DNA from: Octopus sinensis
Taxonomy: Eukaryota
Length of the DNA: 64,000 nucleotides
Reading direction: 5' to 3'
NCBI RefSeq assembly: GCF_006345805.1
Contig: NC_043007.1
Span: 66,712,001-66,776,000, forward strand
Shown here: positions 12,370 through 25,114 of the stretch, one piece after another
How the letters are laid out: every line of letters begins with the position of its first letter
Numbering within the stretch: position 1 is the first letter of the stretch
Position numbers and translations under genes: made by a program
Notes under the pieces: model-generated
Told to the model about the DNA's origin: nothing
Seen by the model: only the letters and a program-made list of their open reading frames with translations
The model's database searches: none

Positions 12370-12800
12370 AGGTGGTAGTGGAGGTGGTAGTAGTGGTTTT
12401 GATGGTGATAATGGCCGTGGCGGTTATGGTTGTTGTTGTAGTCGTGGTGGTTGTATCGGTGGTGGTGTGGTGGTGGTTGTATCAGTGGTGGTTGTGATTG
12501 TAGTTGTGGTAGTTGTGATGATGGTTGCTGTGACTGTGGTTGTGCTTGTGGTGGTGGGGCAGGTGATAATAGCAATAGTAGTCGTTGTGATGGTGGTGGT
12601 GGTGGTGGTGGTGGTGTGGTGGTGGTGGTGGTAGTGGTGGTGGTGGTGGTGGTGTGTGTGTGGTTGTGGTGGTGCTGGTGCTGGCGGTGTGGTGGTGCTG
12701 GTGCTGGTGGTGGTGGTGGTGGCGGTGACGGAGACGACGGTGGCGGTGGCAGCGGTGGTGGTGGCGATGGTGATGTCGGCTGCAGTGACGGGGAGAATTG
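11590..12800. repeat. Trinucleotide mosaic (GTG/GTA/GAT/GTC)n
   Basis: Directly visible; source of the poly-V, poly-S and poly-H ORFs. Confidence 0.95.
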
Positions 12801-13233
12801 CTTGACTGTGATATGAAGACTGTTGTACGTGGACTTGATTTAAACAAAGAGTTTAGTTGGGACAAACAAGGAAAAGATTTTTAAAAAAACGCAGCTATGT
12901 ACGCGTGTATATGCGTGTATATATGTGCATGTCTGTAACCCGTGAGTAGAATGTGTATGATTGTAGTACGCGTATGTATGTGGAAATAAATGGCCGACTT
13001 TAAACATTTGCATAAATAGCCTTATCAATGTATTTCTTTTTCTATAACTATATAAGTATGCACACACACCACACGCACACACGCACACACTCAAATACAT
13101 ATATATATATAAATGTGCATACATATACATGTTATATATATATATATATATATTATATACATGTATATATGTATGTGTGTGTGAGTGTGTGTGCATATAT
13201 ATATATACATGGACATATGTGTGTGTGTTAGTG

Positions 13234-13273
<40 letters not shown>

Positions 13274-13694
13274 TATACCATAAACATATATATATATATA
13301 TATATATGCACACACACTCACACACACACATATGTCCATGTATTATATATATGCACACACATATATATATATATATATATATTATATATAATGGTTATAC
13401 ACACTCATACAATAGGGAGAAGGATTAGGAGGGAGGGAGGTAGAGAGATTTCTAAAAACAGATATGGTGATATACATATATACATATATACACACAAAGA
13501 CGCTCATAATACACACACACACACATATATATATATATACATATGTATATACATATATATACACGCATATATATGTATGTATGCATGTATGTATGTGTGT
13601 GTATATATATATAGAGAGAGAGGGAGAGAGAAACAGAGAGAGAGGGACAGGGAGAGAGAGATAGATACACACGTATATATATGCATAGATACGC

Positions 13695-13695
<1 letters not shown>

Positions 13696-13788
<93 letters not shown>

Positions 13789-14566
13789 TGTGAGAGATGT
13801 GTGTGTATGTGTTTGTGTGTATGTGCGTGTGCAGGTGTATGAGTATATGTGTGTAAATATGTATATCTCTTTGTATGCGAATGCATTTACAGCGTCGTAT
13901 TTGAAAAAGGCGACGAGTTTGAACGCATGCATCCAATTGAGATACGTTAAGCGAGGACAGAGAGTAGGGGGTGTTTAGAAAAGCTCTACCCGAGTTCTGC
14001 TTCGAGACGTGCGCGGACGTGCCTGTGTATACGAGGTAGAAATTTAATGGGTGTTTGCATGTGCGTATGTGTGTGTGTGTGTGTGTGTTTGTGTTAATGT
14101 GTGTGTGTGTGTGTGTGTGTTTGTGTTAATGTGTGTGTGTGTGTGTGTGTTAGTGTGTGACGTAGATGTTAGAACGGAGTGAAAGGGTGGGTTATATGAA
14201 ATAGGAGGATGCTTTGTCTAGGACAAACAAACGCAACGCTGGAGTACAGGGATGCCATATAAGCAGTCCCCTGTTAAGGGTGACATTGTTGAAGACTGGG
14301 GAGAGAAAGGAACAATGGATCTCGATTTCCTTTCTCCTAGAATTAGTGGATATACATATGCGTAAATACAAAAGCATACGCATGCGTATACATACGCAAC
14401 ACATGCGTGCGCACTGACGCAGGCACAAAGACACACAAACATATATATTTTTTTTTCCTCATTCTCTCTAACTATTTATGTGTGTGTGTGTGTGTATGTG
14501 TGTGTTCACAGAGAGAGAGAGAGGGACAGAGTCAGAGACAGAGAGAGAAAGAGACAGGTAGATAAG

Positions 14567-14650
<84 letters not shown>

Positions 14651-14659
14651 CAGATAGAC

Positions 14660-14720
<61 letters not shown>
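13696..14720. repeat. (GATA)n arrays at ~13696-13788 and ~14560-14720 with intervening (GT)n
   Basis: Directly visible. Confidence 0.9.
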
Positions 14721-14721
<1 letters not shown>

Positions 14722-15594
14722 TACTGCCTGATTATGAACATAGCCATTAATAAATATTAACAAAAAATATGAACGTATGCCTGTATATATATAAATATAT
14801 ATATACACATACACACACATACACACTATCATTAAGCATATATCCATAAAATATGTATATATGTGTCAACGTGTCTGCAAAAAGGTACTCACAGACATAT
14901 ACACGTGTTCGTTTTGTGCGTTTTTCTGCGTGTGTGAAGGCATTGAAGCATAATAAAAAGAGAAATCACCGAAGGGACAACTTTTAACAAATATTGTAGT
15001 AGTTCAACGCTTAGAAAGGAAGTGAGTCTTTACACTTCGGATGCAAGTCCTTCATCAGAAGAAAACTTTAGTAGAAATGTAAAGGGGGAATGTGAAAGAG
15101 TAAGAGTGTTTTGAAGGAGAGGGACAAAATCATGCCCGGTGTTAGAGACCAGATGGGAATGTAGTTCTCTTCGATGAGTTAAGAAGGGAAGAATTTATGC
15201 GATGTATAGAAGTGTATCAGTGTTTTGAAATGGGCCGAAAGGGAAAACTAGTGTTTGTGGTTTTATGATGTGTGCGTATGCGTGCGAACGAACGAGGAGA
15301 TAGTGGTAAGGGGTGGTGGGAGTGTGCGATATCGGTGTATATGAGCAATCGTTAAGTGTGTGAAGAAATGGTTAAACTAAAAAGGTAATAATAGGCGCGA
15401 GCGTGAGCTTAAAGGGAAGGCATATGGGTGTGAGAGAAGTGCATTTAAACAAAGTAAGAATTTATTTTGTATGGAATTTGATATAGCTGTATTTGTCTAC
15501 AATCGAAGCAGCGATACATCCGTACAAACATGTAGACACGCATACATAGATATACGCCCATATCAGACCCACACACCGAACAAATATGTATATG

Positions 15595-15630
<36 letters not shown>

Positions 15631-15688
15631 ATGGATAGAGAGATAGATAGATAAATAGATATATGGATAGATAGATATATATATATAT

Positions 15689-15724
<36 letters not shown>

Positions 15725-15799
15725 GTAGAGGGATAGAGAGATAGATAGATAGAGTGAGATAGAGTGAGAGAGGGGGAGGGACAGATAGATAGATAGATA

Positions 15800-18204
15800 T
15801 GTTTCTTTATTAGCCACACAGGGCTGCACACAGATAGAACAAATTACAAGGTAGAGCTTTTCTTTTGAAGGTTTAAAAAAAAAATAAATAAATAAAAAAT
15901 TAAAAAAATAAATAAATAAATAAAAAAAGGAAGGGGGAGTTTCGATCAAAAGGGATCGTAAAAGGAGAGAAAGAGGACAAAAAAAATGGGGGTTAAAAAA
16001 AAAGGGGGAGAGGAAAAACAAAATTGATCAATAGGGATCGTTATCACAGAAATGTTCAATATGAAGTGTAAAGGGGAGGACAGGTGAGGTTTACCCGTGG
16101 AAAGAAAAGCCACGGAAAAGACCACGGTAACCTCGGTCAATGAAGTCACATTTTATATTTTTTTTTTTTTTTTTTGCAAATAAGCAACTCTCTGTTTTCG
16201 ATTTCTGGGTTCATAGGACTATGCTCAAGATGGCTTCGTCATTCATACGTGCCATTCTTGCTACATTCACCCATCTTTTTTTAAAACATTCGCTAGACAA
16301 AACTTGCCTCTCTACTCTCACTTTCCTTTTCAAGTGGTACTGAAGAAAATTGAGAGAGATTGACCAGAGAGGAAAGTGTTTGTCTCCAATCCTTTCAGAC
16401 GCGTCCACCAGATACATTCTTTCGCCATAGCCACAAGGATGATGAAAATAGCTCTTCCTTCCCGTTTGAAGGAAAGAGGCGTGACAATTTGACGATAGAC
16501 TCAGCTGATAAACCGACTCGTCCCACACGTGACAGCAGTTGTTCGACATAAGCCCACAGGTCGGAAATTGTTGGACACTGAACGAGTGCGTGCAGAACGG
16601 TTTCGTCGCTCTGACCGCATCTCGGGCAGGTCGGCCCCGTTTTCTCGAGCCGTGTCTGTAGAGCTTATCCCGAACGGGTAGCGCTTCTCGGTAGCACTGC
16701 CAGGCCAGGGATCTCTGGAAGTTGTCCATGGGCCCTGGCCCGAAAGTCGTCCTGAACAGGCGGGTCAGGTACTCCTCGTCGACCGTCCAGGTTCGCCCCG
16801 AGCTCGTCGTCGTACCTCCCCTCCACTAAACCCCTATAGAATGCTTTGGTTGTGTTGAAGTCACTTAAGGTCGACCCAGGACGGCAGAGTTGCTTGAGAG
16901 CAACGCGACACTCGCGGTGCCATTCGCCCTTCCTCGGCCTCTTTTTGATCCACGACTGCAGTTCGGTCATGGAGACGAGCTGCGGGAAAGCGTGCCTCAC
17001 AAACGGCGACCACCTGTTCACCGTCGTCTACATAGAGCCAGAGATGTCGCAGTCTCAGCGCGTGTCTGCGCATCATCAACCACGGCATGCCCAGCCCTCC
17101 TTTTAACGGGTGTTTGACAGCAAATGGATCGCCTGACCATCGGGACGCATCCTTTCCACAAGAAGCGAAAGAGGATGCGTTGTAGTTTGGTGATGGTAGG
17201 GTCGGGACAAGGTACGACGGTCAGGCGGTAGTAGATGACGGACGCGATGTACGTGTTCGCCATGTACGTGTCGCCACCTCCGCTCGACCTTTTAGGGACA
17301 GTTTTCCTCTGGCGCCATTGCCGGGCGAGAGTGACCACCCTACTCGTTATCTCGTTCCAGTTCTTCTCCACTTGGAGGTCCGGACCAAACCAGACCCCGA
17401 GCAACTCAACCGGGCCGTCGGTCCAGCGTCCCACGACGGAGGCGCTGGTGGACGGCATGGGCTTGCTTCTCCAGGTGCCTAGTCGCAGGCGGCGGTGTAC
17501 TGCAACTGGCAGCAAAACGGGAGCATTCCTGGTTTTGTGAGCCGAGGAGCCGTAACACTGCTGAAGAAAGATCTAAACAAGGGAAATGTAATAGATAACT
17601 TTAGGCCCATCACTCTGCTTAATGCAGACTTGAAAATTTGGCCAAGGTGCTAGCCAAGAGGTTGGCGCTTGTCATCGAGAAACTGGTCGACAAGGGCCAA
17701 ACATGCGCCGTGCCAGGCCGGACATCCATGAGAACCCCTCATTCTGATGCGCTACATCATAGACAGGGTAGTTAACGAACCTGGCATGGGTGGGGCCCTG
17801 ATCAACTTGGATCCATCGAAAGCCTTTGATAGGGTAGACCATCGATACTTGGAGGCAGTCCTGAGAGCGGCTGGTTTCGGTCCCGTCTTCCGCGGCTGGA
17901 TAGCTGCCTTGTACAGAGGCATCCGTTCGGTAATTCGCGTAAAGGACATCTATCGAGACCTTTCGACATTGCACGTTCGGTCCGTCAGGGATGCCCCCTC
18001 TCGGCGCTTCTATACGTATTGACTCTTGAGCCACTACTGCGGAAGCTGGCGACTCTAAGGGCATCCCGCGAGAATTGGGATGCGGGACGAGCGTGTCTGC
18101 ATACGCGGACGACGTCACCGTCATAGTGTCTAGCCACGAGCACATCGATCTGGTCGGCGAGACACTGAAAAACTACGAAGCGGTGACAGGAGCGAAAATC
18201 AACC
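15800..18204 (-). mobile_element. Tx1/L1-clade LINE, 5'-truncated copy with 5' inversion, embedded in (GATA)n
   Basis: 15800-17487 is near-identical to 39215-40869 (3'UTR plus ORF2 C-terminus, stop at 16211-16213). 17488-18204 is the inverted equivalent of 40888-41605 (RT motifs NFRPITLLNAD, DPSKAFDRVDH, SAYADDVTV read on plus). GATA runs at 15784-15799 and 18205-18288. Confidence 0.92.
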
Positions 18205-18288
<84 letters not shown>

Positions 18289-18603
18289 TGTTTCTTTATC
18301 AGCCACACAGGGCTGAACACAGAGGGGACAAATTACAAAGTAGAGCTTTTCTTTTGGGGGAGAAAAAAAGTGTGGGTTAGGTTTTCGATCAAAAGGAATC
18401 GTAAAAAAAAACCAATTAATGGGGATTGTGTATCCCAGAAATGTAAAGGGGAAACAGATGAGATTTATCCATGGAAGAAAAGCCTACAGAAAAGACCACA
18501 GTAACCTCGGTCAATAATGTCACATGTTAACACATTTATTTGCAAGTAAGTAACTCTCTGTTTTAAATTTTTCCGGGTTCATAGGATAATGCTCAAAGTG
18601 GCT
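18289..18603 (-). mobile_element. Tx1 LINE 3'UTR fragment (related subfamily) between two GATA runs
   Basis: tgtttctttatcagccacacagggctgaacacagagggg...ttcataggataatgctcaaagtggct is colinear with 15800-16230. It is followed by atagatagatagata at 18604-18618. Confidence 0.85.
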
Positions 18604-18659
18604 ATAGATAGATAGATATGTGTGTGTGTCTAACATAGACATGTAAATATATATTCTTT

Positions 18660-19025
18660 TATTATTTTACTTTCAGTCATTTGACTGCGGCTATGCTAGA
18701 GCACCGACTTTGGTCGACTAAATCGACATCAGGACATATTCTTTGTAAGCTTAGTACTTATTTTGTCGATATCTCTTGCCGAACCGCTAGTTATAGGGAC
18801 GTAAACACACCAACATCGGTTGTCAAGCGATGGTGGGGGTGGTCAAACACAGACACACAAATACATACATGCATACACACACATATATATTATATATATA
18901 TATATATATATCTATATATATATATATATCGAAGACACTTGCCCAGAAGAGACACTTGCAGTGGGACTGAACACGGCACAATGTCATTGGCAAGAAATCT
19001 TCTTACCACACATCTACTCCTGCGC
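18660..19025 (-). mobile_element. SINE family B copy
   Basis: ttcagtcatttgactgcggctatgctagagcacc...gttgtcaagcgatgg...gaagacacttgc...accacacatctactcctgcgcc is the reverse complement of the family B layout. Confidence 0.75.
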
Positions 19026-19277
19026 CTATATATAAATATATGTGTGTGTGTGTGTGTGTAAAAATAATATTTAAATAAAGAATATCGTTAATTCTATTGT
19101 CTATCATTTATCTTTTTATGTAAGCACTACAGAAACTATGGAATTCCTGTTGTATACCCAGTGGTAGGAACATTTCCTTTCTGTGATGACATCAGGTAAC
19201 CAATAGCTGGGGACGGACTTTCCGTAGTATTCTAAAAGGTCTTTGCCAGAATCTTTTTTAACATGTATGTATGTATT

Positions 19278-19317
<40 letters not shown>

Positions 19318-19319
19318 CA

Positions 19320-19351
<32 letters not shown>

Positions 19352-19360
19352 AGTGGGATT

Positions 19361-19592
19361 ACCACTATGTGGACTCCCTAATGCTAGAAGTAGATCTGCT
19401 ATAGTCTTACCACTTATAATTGTTCGCTAGGAAATTTAGCAGACGCTAGAAACGTAAGTGAGCAAGACAAATGAAAAGTAACAAAAATATAGATCTTACG
19501 TTTCTAGTGTCTGCTAAATTTTCTAGAGAACAATTCTTAGTGGTAAGACTATAGCAGATCTACTTCTAGCATTAGGGAGTCCATATAGTGGT
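19361..19592. mobile_element. Foldback element: 98-bp inverted arms with a 36-nt spacer
   Basis: accactatgtggactccc...ctagaaacgtaag (19361-19458) versus cttacgtttctag...gggagtccatatagtggt (19495-19592), with few mismatches. Preceded by (TACA)n. Confidence 0.7.
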
Positions 19593-19720
19593 TTTCCCTC
19601 TTATAAGTATGTAATACTATTTACTGAACCTCAGTTTTTTAATATTCTAGACCACTGGTGTTAAATTGATGTTATCAAATTAATATTCAATTTTTCACCC
19701 TCATTTTTAATTTTATATAT

Positions 19721-19761
<41 letters not shown>

Positions 19762-19802
19762 TATATATATAAAATTAAATGTGACGTTTATCCGGTAGCC
19801 AT

Positions 19803-19864
19803 GATAAACTCCGAGTTTTGGATGTTGGGGCGGAAACCCACGCCGGCATCTCTTCAGTTATCGG
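19803..19864 (-). ncRNA. Degenerate type I hammerhead-ribozyme-like motif
   Basis: Reverse complement: gataa-CTGAAGA-GATG-cc-GGCG-tgggtttc-CGCC-ccaa-CATC-cAAA-ACTCgGAGT-ttatc. Stems I, II and III are formable, but the conserved G12 reads C and there is an extra A. Confidence 0.45.
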
Positions 19865-20199
19865 GCCATCTGAAAAAATGCTATGAAAATGACCGTTAAA
19901 CAAAGGGAAATTACTGTGTGATTGACCGTTATTAAGACAGAAGAGCCATTAGAATGACCGCTAAGTGAGGGGAGGGAGTAAAGGTAAGGGAATAAAAATG
20001 TTCATAGTATTCGCGTAAGCGCACATGTCCATACCTACACATGCGCGCCCTCACACCCACGTATATGTGTCTATAAGTATATACTCATTATATACATATA
20101 TATATATATGTATATATATACATACACACACATATATGTATGTTTATGTTAGACTTAAATATATATTCACACATGTATACATACATATAATATATATAC

Positions 20200-20295
20200 A
20201 TATGAATGACGCACATTTTATGTTTCTCGTTTGTTTCCTGGTGAGAGAACTTCTACCAGTCCAGCGAACTGCTAGAAATGGCAACCATATTCTCG
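20200..20295 (-). repeat. Short interspersed repeat; second copy in opposite orientation at 24265-24358
   Basis: atgacgcac...tttctcgtttgtttcctggtgagagaacttctaccagtccagcgaactgctagaaatggcaaccatatt matches the reverse complement of 24265-24358. Confidence 0.7.
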
Positions 20296-20849
20296 TAAAC
20301 ATATTCTTCATGTGTTTGCGTACGTACATGTACATGTGTGTTTTCATGTGTACGCACGTGTCTATAAGTATATACATATTTTTTTTCACATAAACCAGAG
20401 AAACAACATGATTCACATTCTTCTTTCACTTGACTTCAGTCCACCTGTGCACACACAGACTCGCACACACACACACACACACGCGTGCATGACAGTTGCT
20501 GTTACGACGACACATTAACGGGCACCAGTTATGTATAATTCTAGGTAGATTGTTTGAACTAACTTACCATATGTAAAGCTATTTTCTAAAAAGAGTACTG
20601 CGTTTTTTACTTACCGTTTCGCTTATTTCTAAAACAATACATTTTGGTAAATGTACAGTAACTTTTTATATAGACTCTTCGGCACAATGGAATTTCTGAA
20701 GCAAATTCAGTGGCTTTATATAGATATTCAATTCCAATCGGCAGAATTTACAAAGTGACTCAAGGACGGAAAGGTTTGAGCATACCTTTTAAGTATCATA
20801 CACGAAACTTTCGGTCTTTTAAGATACTTTGTAATCGCAACCAATTAAA

Positions 20850-20890
<41 letters not shown>

Positions 20891-20930
20891 CGCTCAGAGA
20901 TTTAATATAGTATACATATATATATGTATG

Positions 20931-20963
<33 letters not shown>

Positions 20964-21629
20964 TTATTATATATATTCGTGTACTTCGTTCGTTTTCCGT
21001 CCTTGTGTTGTATACATTCGAAGCTTTCTTCCAAGGGATCTAATGCGCTTGGCTTAGATTTCCCTTGGGGGCTGCCCAGATCGGAGCAATCTCAAGATTA
21101 ATCAGCCGAAATTGCGAAGATGATCTGGTTCTTGACTGATGACTGAGGGCTTCGAATGTCCCGTCCCGTGGTTCGTGTGTCGTCTCCTTGGTGTTTCACG
21201 TTCTTGTCCCAGTTTGTATTTATTTTTTACTGTTTACATATATATATATATATGTATATATGCAAATGTCCAACAATGAGAATGAGTGCTCAACACTGAA
21301 TTGGTGAATAATTTTTTTTTATTTGTGTATTAAGGTTACCATTGATTTAGTTTCATATCTTAACAATTTTTCACATGGAGGAATGGTGTTCGTCTCCATT
21401 TTGGATGAAAGCATTTTGGGGTTCCAAAATGGAGACGAACATCATTCTTGCATGTGATCGGCTTCAAACATTGTTAAGATATTACGATATTTTTCTTCTC
21501 ATGAAACCAATGGGAGCCGTAATGCACAAATATGTATATGTGTATGTGTGTATGTATGTATGTATGTATGTATGTATGTATGTATGTATGTATGTATATT
21601 TCTTTTAAATTTTATCTTTTGTTTGTCAC

Positions 21630-22107
21630 AATCATTAGACTGTGGCCATGTTGGAGCACCACTTTGAAGAATTTTTGTCGAATATATCGACCCCAGTACT
21701 TTTCTTGTTTGAAATATGGGTCTTACTTTATTGGTCTCTTTTGACGAACCGTTAAGTTACGCAAACACACTAGTACCTGTTGTCAAGCGCTGGTGGGTTG
21801 TAAACACAGACACAAAGACACACACACACACACACACACACTCACATACATACGCGCACACTCACATATGCATATATATGTATAAATCCTTAAATCCTCA
21901 AAAATGTTTTAGCCCGAAGGCCGCAGCCATGCTGGGGACACCAATAATTATACATATATACAGCTGGATTCTTTCAGTTTCCGCCTACCAAATCCACTCA
22001 CAAGGCTTTGGTCGGTCTGAGGCTATAGTAGAAGTTAGTTGCCGAAGGTGCCACGCAGTGGGAACGACCCTAGACTATGTGGTTGGTAAGTAATTTTCTT
22101 ACCCACC
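21630..22107 (-). mobile_element. SINE family B copy (divergent partner of 22147-22568)
   Basis: Contains ttcagtttccgcctaccaaatccactcacaaggctttggtcggtctgaggctatagtagaag...ccacgcagtggg and the reverse complement of the 3' tail (gactgtggccatgttggagcacc). Confidence 0.8.
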
Positions 22108-22146
22108 TCATACATATACATATATGTATATATATATATATATATG

Positions 22147-22567
22147 TAGGCGCAGGAGTGGCTGTGTGGTAAGTAGCTTGCTAACCAGCCACATGGTTCC
22201 GGGTTCAGTCCCACTGCGCGGCATCTTGGGCAAGTGTCTTCTGCTATAGCCCCGTGCCAACCAATGCCTTGAGAGTGGATTTGGTAGACGGAAACTGAAA
22301 GAAGTCTGTCGTATATATGTATATATTTGTATGTATGTGTGTGTATATGTTTGTGTGTCTGTGTTTGTCCCTCTAGCAGTGCTTGACAACCGATGCTAGT
22401 GTGTTTACGTCCCCCGTCACTTAGCTGTTCGGCAAAAGAGACCGATAGAATAAGTACTGGGCTTACAAAAGAATAAGTCCCGGGGTCAAGTTGCTCGATT
22501 AAAAAGGCGGTGCTCCAGCATGGCCGCAGTCAAATGACTGAAACAAGTAAAAGAGTAAAGAGTAAAG

Positions 22568-22568
<1 letters not shown>
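22147..22568 (+). mobile_element. SINE family B, full-length: tRNA-like head, core, internal TA/TG microsatellite, 3' body and (GAGTAAA)n tail
   Basis: aggcgcaggagTGGCTGTGTGGtaag...ccGGGTTCAGTCCcactgcg...gtggatttggtagacggaaactgaaagaag...cagtcaaatgactgaaacaagtaaaagagtaaagagtaaag. Confidence 0.85.
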
Positions 22569-22619
<51 letters not shown>

Positions 22620-23325
22620 GCACACACACATATGCACATACACACATACGTTCTTACACATACTCACACACAAGCATCCAACCCAGAGCCAGAGAATGAA
22701 GGAATCTTTTCGCTCAGAACGCATTCTTTTTCTCTTTTGTCTCATAGCAAGTATGCATGGCGGTGCGAAGCGGGGCGCGTCTTTGTTTAGGGAAAATGAA
22801 AACACTTTCAATTTGAAACTGAAACCGTCTGGTCGGATTTCTTACGTATGAGCGGGACTCTTCTTTGTAGTCAATCATAATAGAGGACGTACGGCTGCCT
22901 GAATATAAAGAAGATATTGTAAATGTTAGACGGATTAATAGATTACGTTTGACAACAATGGCTTAATCCCTTACCTTTAATCTAATCAGCCAATTTAGAC
23001 TGTCTTTACACCTTTTAGCATTGACTCACGCCATCCATTGAGTTAGATTTTTAAACTCCTTTCTCCTCTGTCGCTGTTATTGTCTGTCCCCAGGCTAACT
23101 CTGACTGAACAGCCCTATGATTAAAGATCCTCCAGCCGTGACCATTCCGTCTTTTTACAATAGAATTTATTTATAGCAATTATGAACATGTCGAAAGTCT
23201 ACATAGACTTACTGCTCGTCATAGTACTTACGTTGTTGCTTTTGCAACTTATGTTCATGATCTCGTCGACGCCATCATCATCATCGTCGTCGTCATTGTT
23301 ATTGATGATGGTTGTTATTAGCCCC

Positions 23326-23928
23326 AAAGGCGGTGAGCTGGCAGAATCGTTAGCATGCCGGGCGAAATGCTTAGCGGTATTTCGTCTGCCGCTATGTTCT
23401 GAGTTCAAATTCCGCCGAGGTCGACTTTGTCTTTCATCCTTTCGGGGTCGATAAATTATGTACCAGTTGCGCACTGGGGTCGATGTAATCGACTTAATCC
23501 GTTTGTCTGTCCTTGTTTGTCCCCTATGTGTTTGGCCCCTTGTGGGTAGTAAAGAAATAGGTATTTCGTCTGCCGCTATGTTCTGAGTTCAAATTCCGCC
23601 GAGGTCGACTTTGCCTTTCATCTTTTCGGGGTCGATAAATTAAGTACCAGTTACGCACTGGAGTCGATGTAATCGACTTAATCCCTTTGTCTGTCCTCGT
23701 TTGTCCCCTATGTGTTTGGCCCCTTGTGGGTACTAAAGAAACAGGTATTTCGTCTGCCGCTACGTTCTGAGTTCAAATTCCGCCGAGATCGACTTTGCCT
23801 TTCATCCTTTCGGGGTCGATAAATTATGTACCAGTGACGCACTGGGGTCGATGTAATCGACTTAATCCGTTTGTCTGTACTTGTTTGTCCCCTCTATGTT
23901 TAGCCCCTTGTGGATGGTAAAGAAATAG
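23326..23928 (+). mobile_element. SINE family A trimer (one head plus three 184-bp units, Tx1-like tail) with 15-16-bp TSD
   Basis: Head ggcggtgagctggcagaatcgttagc at 23329. Units at 23377-23560, 23561-23744 and 23745-23928. TSD (g)gttgttattagcccc at 23310-23325 and 23928-23943. The central gcctttcatcctttcggggtcgataaattaagtaccag resembles the Meta-SINE domain (from recall). Confidence 0.9.
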
Positions 23929-25114
23929 GTTGTTATTAGCCCCTAAGTCCTGATGGAGCAAGCTCGAAAGATTTCCAGCCATGATTGCATCACACAATAT
24001 TCTTCGTGTATCTAAGGCCATATTGTCAAATATGTTGCTAAAAAGTTTAAAAATATAAAAGAACGTTGGGTATGATTTTGAGAAAGATATAGCTGCTATA
24101 TCTAACAAACGGATGACCACTTAGAGAATCTGTTATTTGCCTGATATTATCATCTAGATTTTGATCAAAGGCGTTCAAGTTGGAACCATCCTGTCTTTTA
24201 CTTCCATTTTTTTTGCGAGTTATGTGCGCTTCATTTTTGTTTCAGGCAGTATGGTATGGTTTAGGACAATATGGTTGCCATTTCTAGCAGTTCGCTCGAC
24301 TGGTGGAAGTTCTCTCGCCAGGAAACAAACGAGAAATAAAAAGGGTGCGTCATACATAAGGTCAATGCCAAAGAAAGGACTCTGATGGAACAAGGGAATT
24401 GAATGATTGACCAAACAATTAATAAAAAAAAGACGATAGCTTAATTAACTAATTAGTTAATCACTTGATAATAACAATAAAAAGAAGTGAAACAGAATCG
24501 GTGCGTATGTTCCTTATTGGCAAAATAACTCTCCCAAAATATCAGTTGGGTCTTCAGTGCAACTGGTGACATGTGACCTAGCAAAGCCTGCTGCGTGGTT
24601 GGGCCGTCGGTGACTATACCGGTGGTATCGCCAAGACTAACTTCGAGAGTAAGGACGTTTTAGACACTCTACGGGATGAAAAGCTCGTCAAGGGACGAAT
24701 GAATCCAGGAGAGTCAACGGCCATCCAGTTACATGATGTGTGTGTGTGTGTATGTGTGTGCGCATGTGTGTGTGTATTATGTATATCTGTATGTATGTAT
24801 GTGTATGCACGAGCATTTTGAAGCTTCTGGCTTGGCACCCAGGTACATATTTAGCCTACCAGCGTGGGTTGAACTCTAAGCCGTTGGGGAAGGCAACTAA
24901 TCTAGGATATGAAGAACTCTAATACAGAAGACTAATGCATGTTGCACATTAAGTTAGTAGCAAACATCTCTACCAATTTTCTACTATTAGCATTTCCAAA
25001 ATGTGTGGTTGGTCCGACACCAGCTTTGTCCGTTGAAAACAAACTGTTAAGCCCTTATACATTATAACGATGGGAGTATCCACTATATATGTGTGAGGAG
25101 GGGGGTTAAATAAC

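Noticed and set aside
14150-14300. Candidate minus-strand exon after cctttctctccccag
   Set aside because: No good donor site and no recognisable peptide.
14940-15021. Candidate host exon (pyrimidine tract, AG...GTGAGT)
   Set aside because: All three plus frames contain stops, and the GTGAGT lies within a hammerhead-like repeat relic.
17247-17275. Short tandem duplication atgtacgtgttcgcc in Tx1 copy 1 as a functional feature
   Set aside because: It is absent from the full copy and is most simply a local slip or assembly error.
23377-23928. 184-bp tandem units as CRISPR or satellite DNA
   Set aside because: The units are SINE bodies with a B-box and tail, also present as dispersed monomers.
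24520-24560. Hammerhead on minus (CTGAAGA-CCCAA...TTGGG)
   Set aside because: The stem is followed by AGAG rather than GAAA, with no stem III or cleavage triplet.
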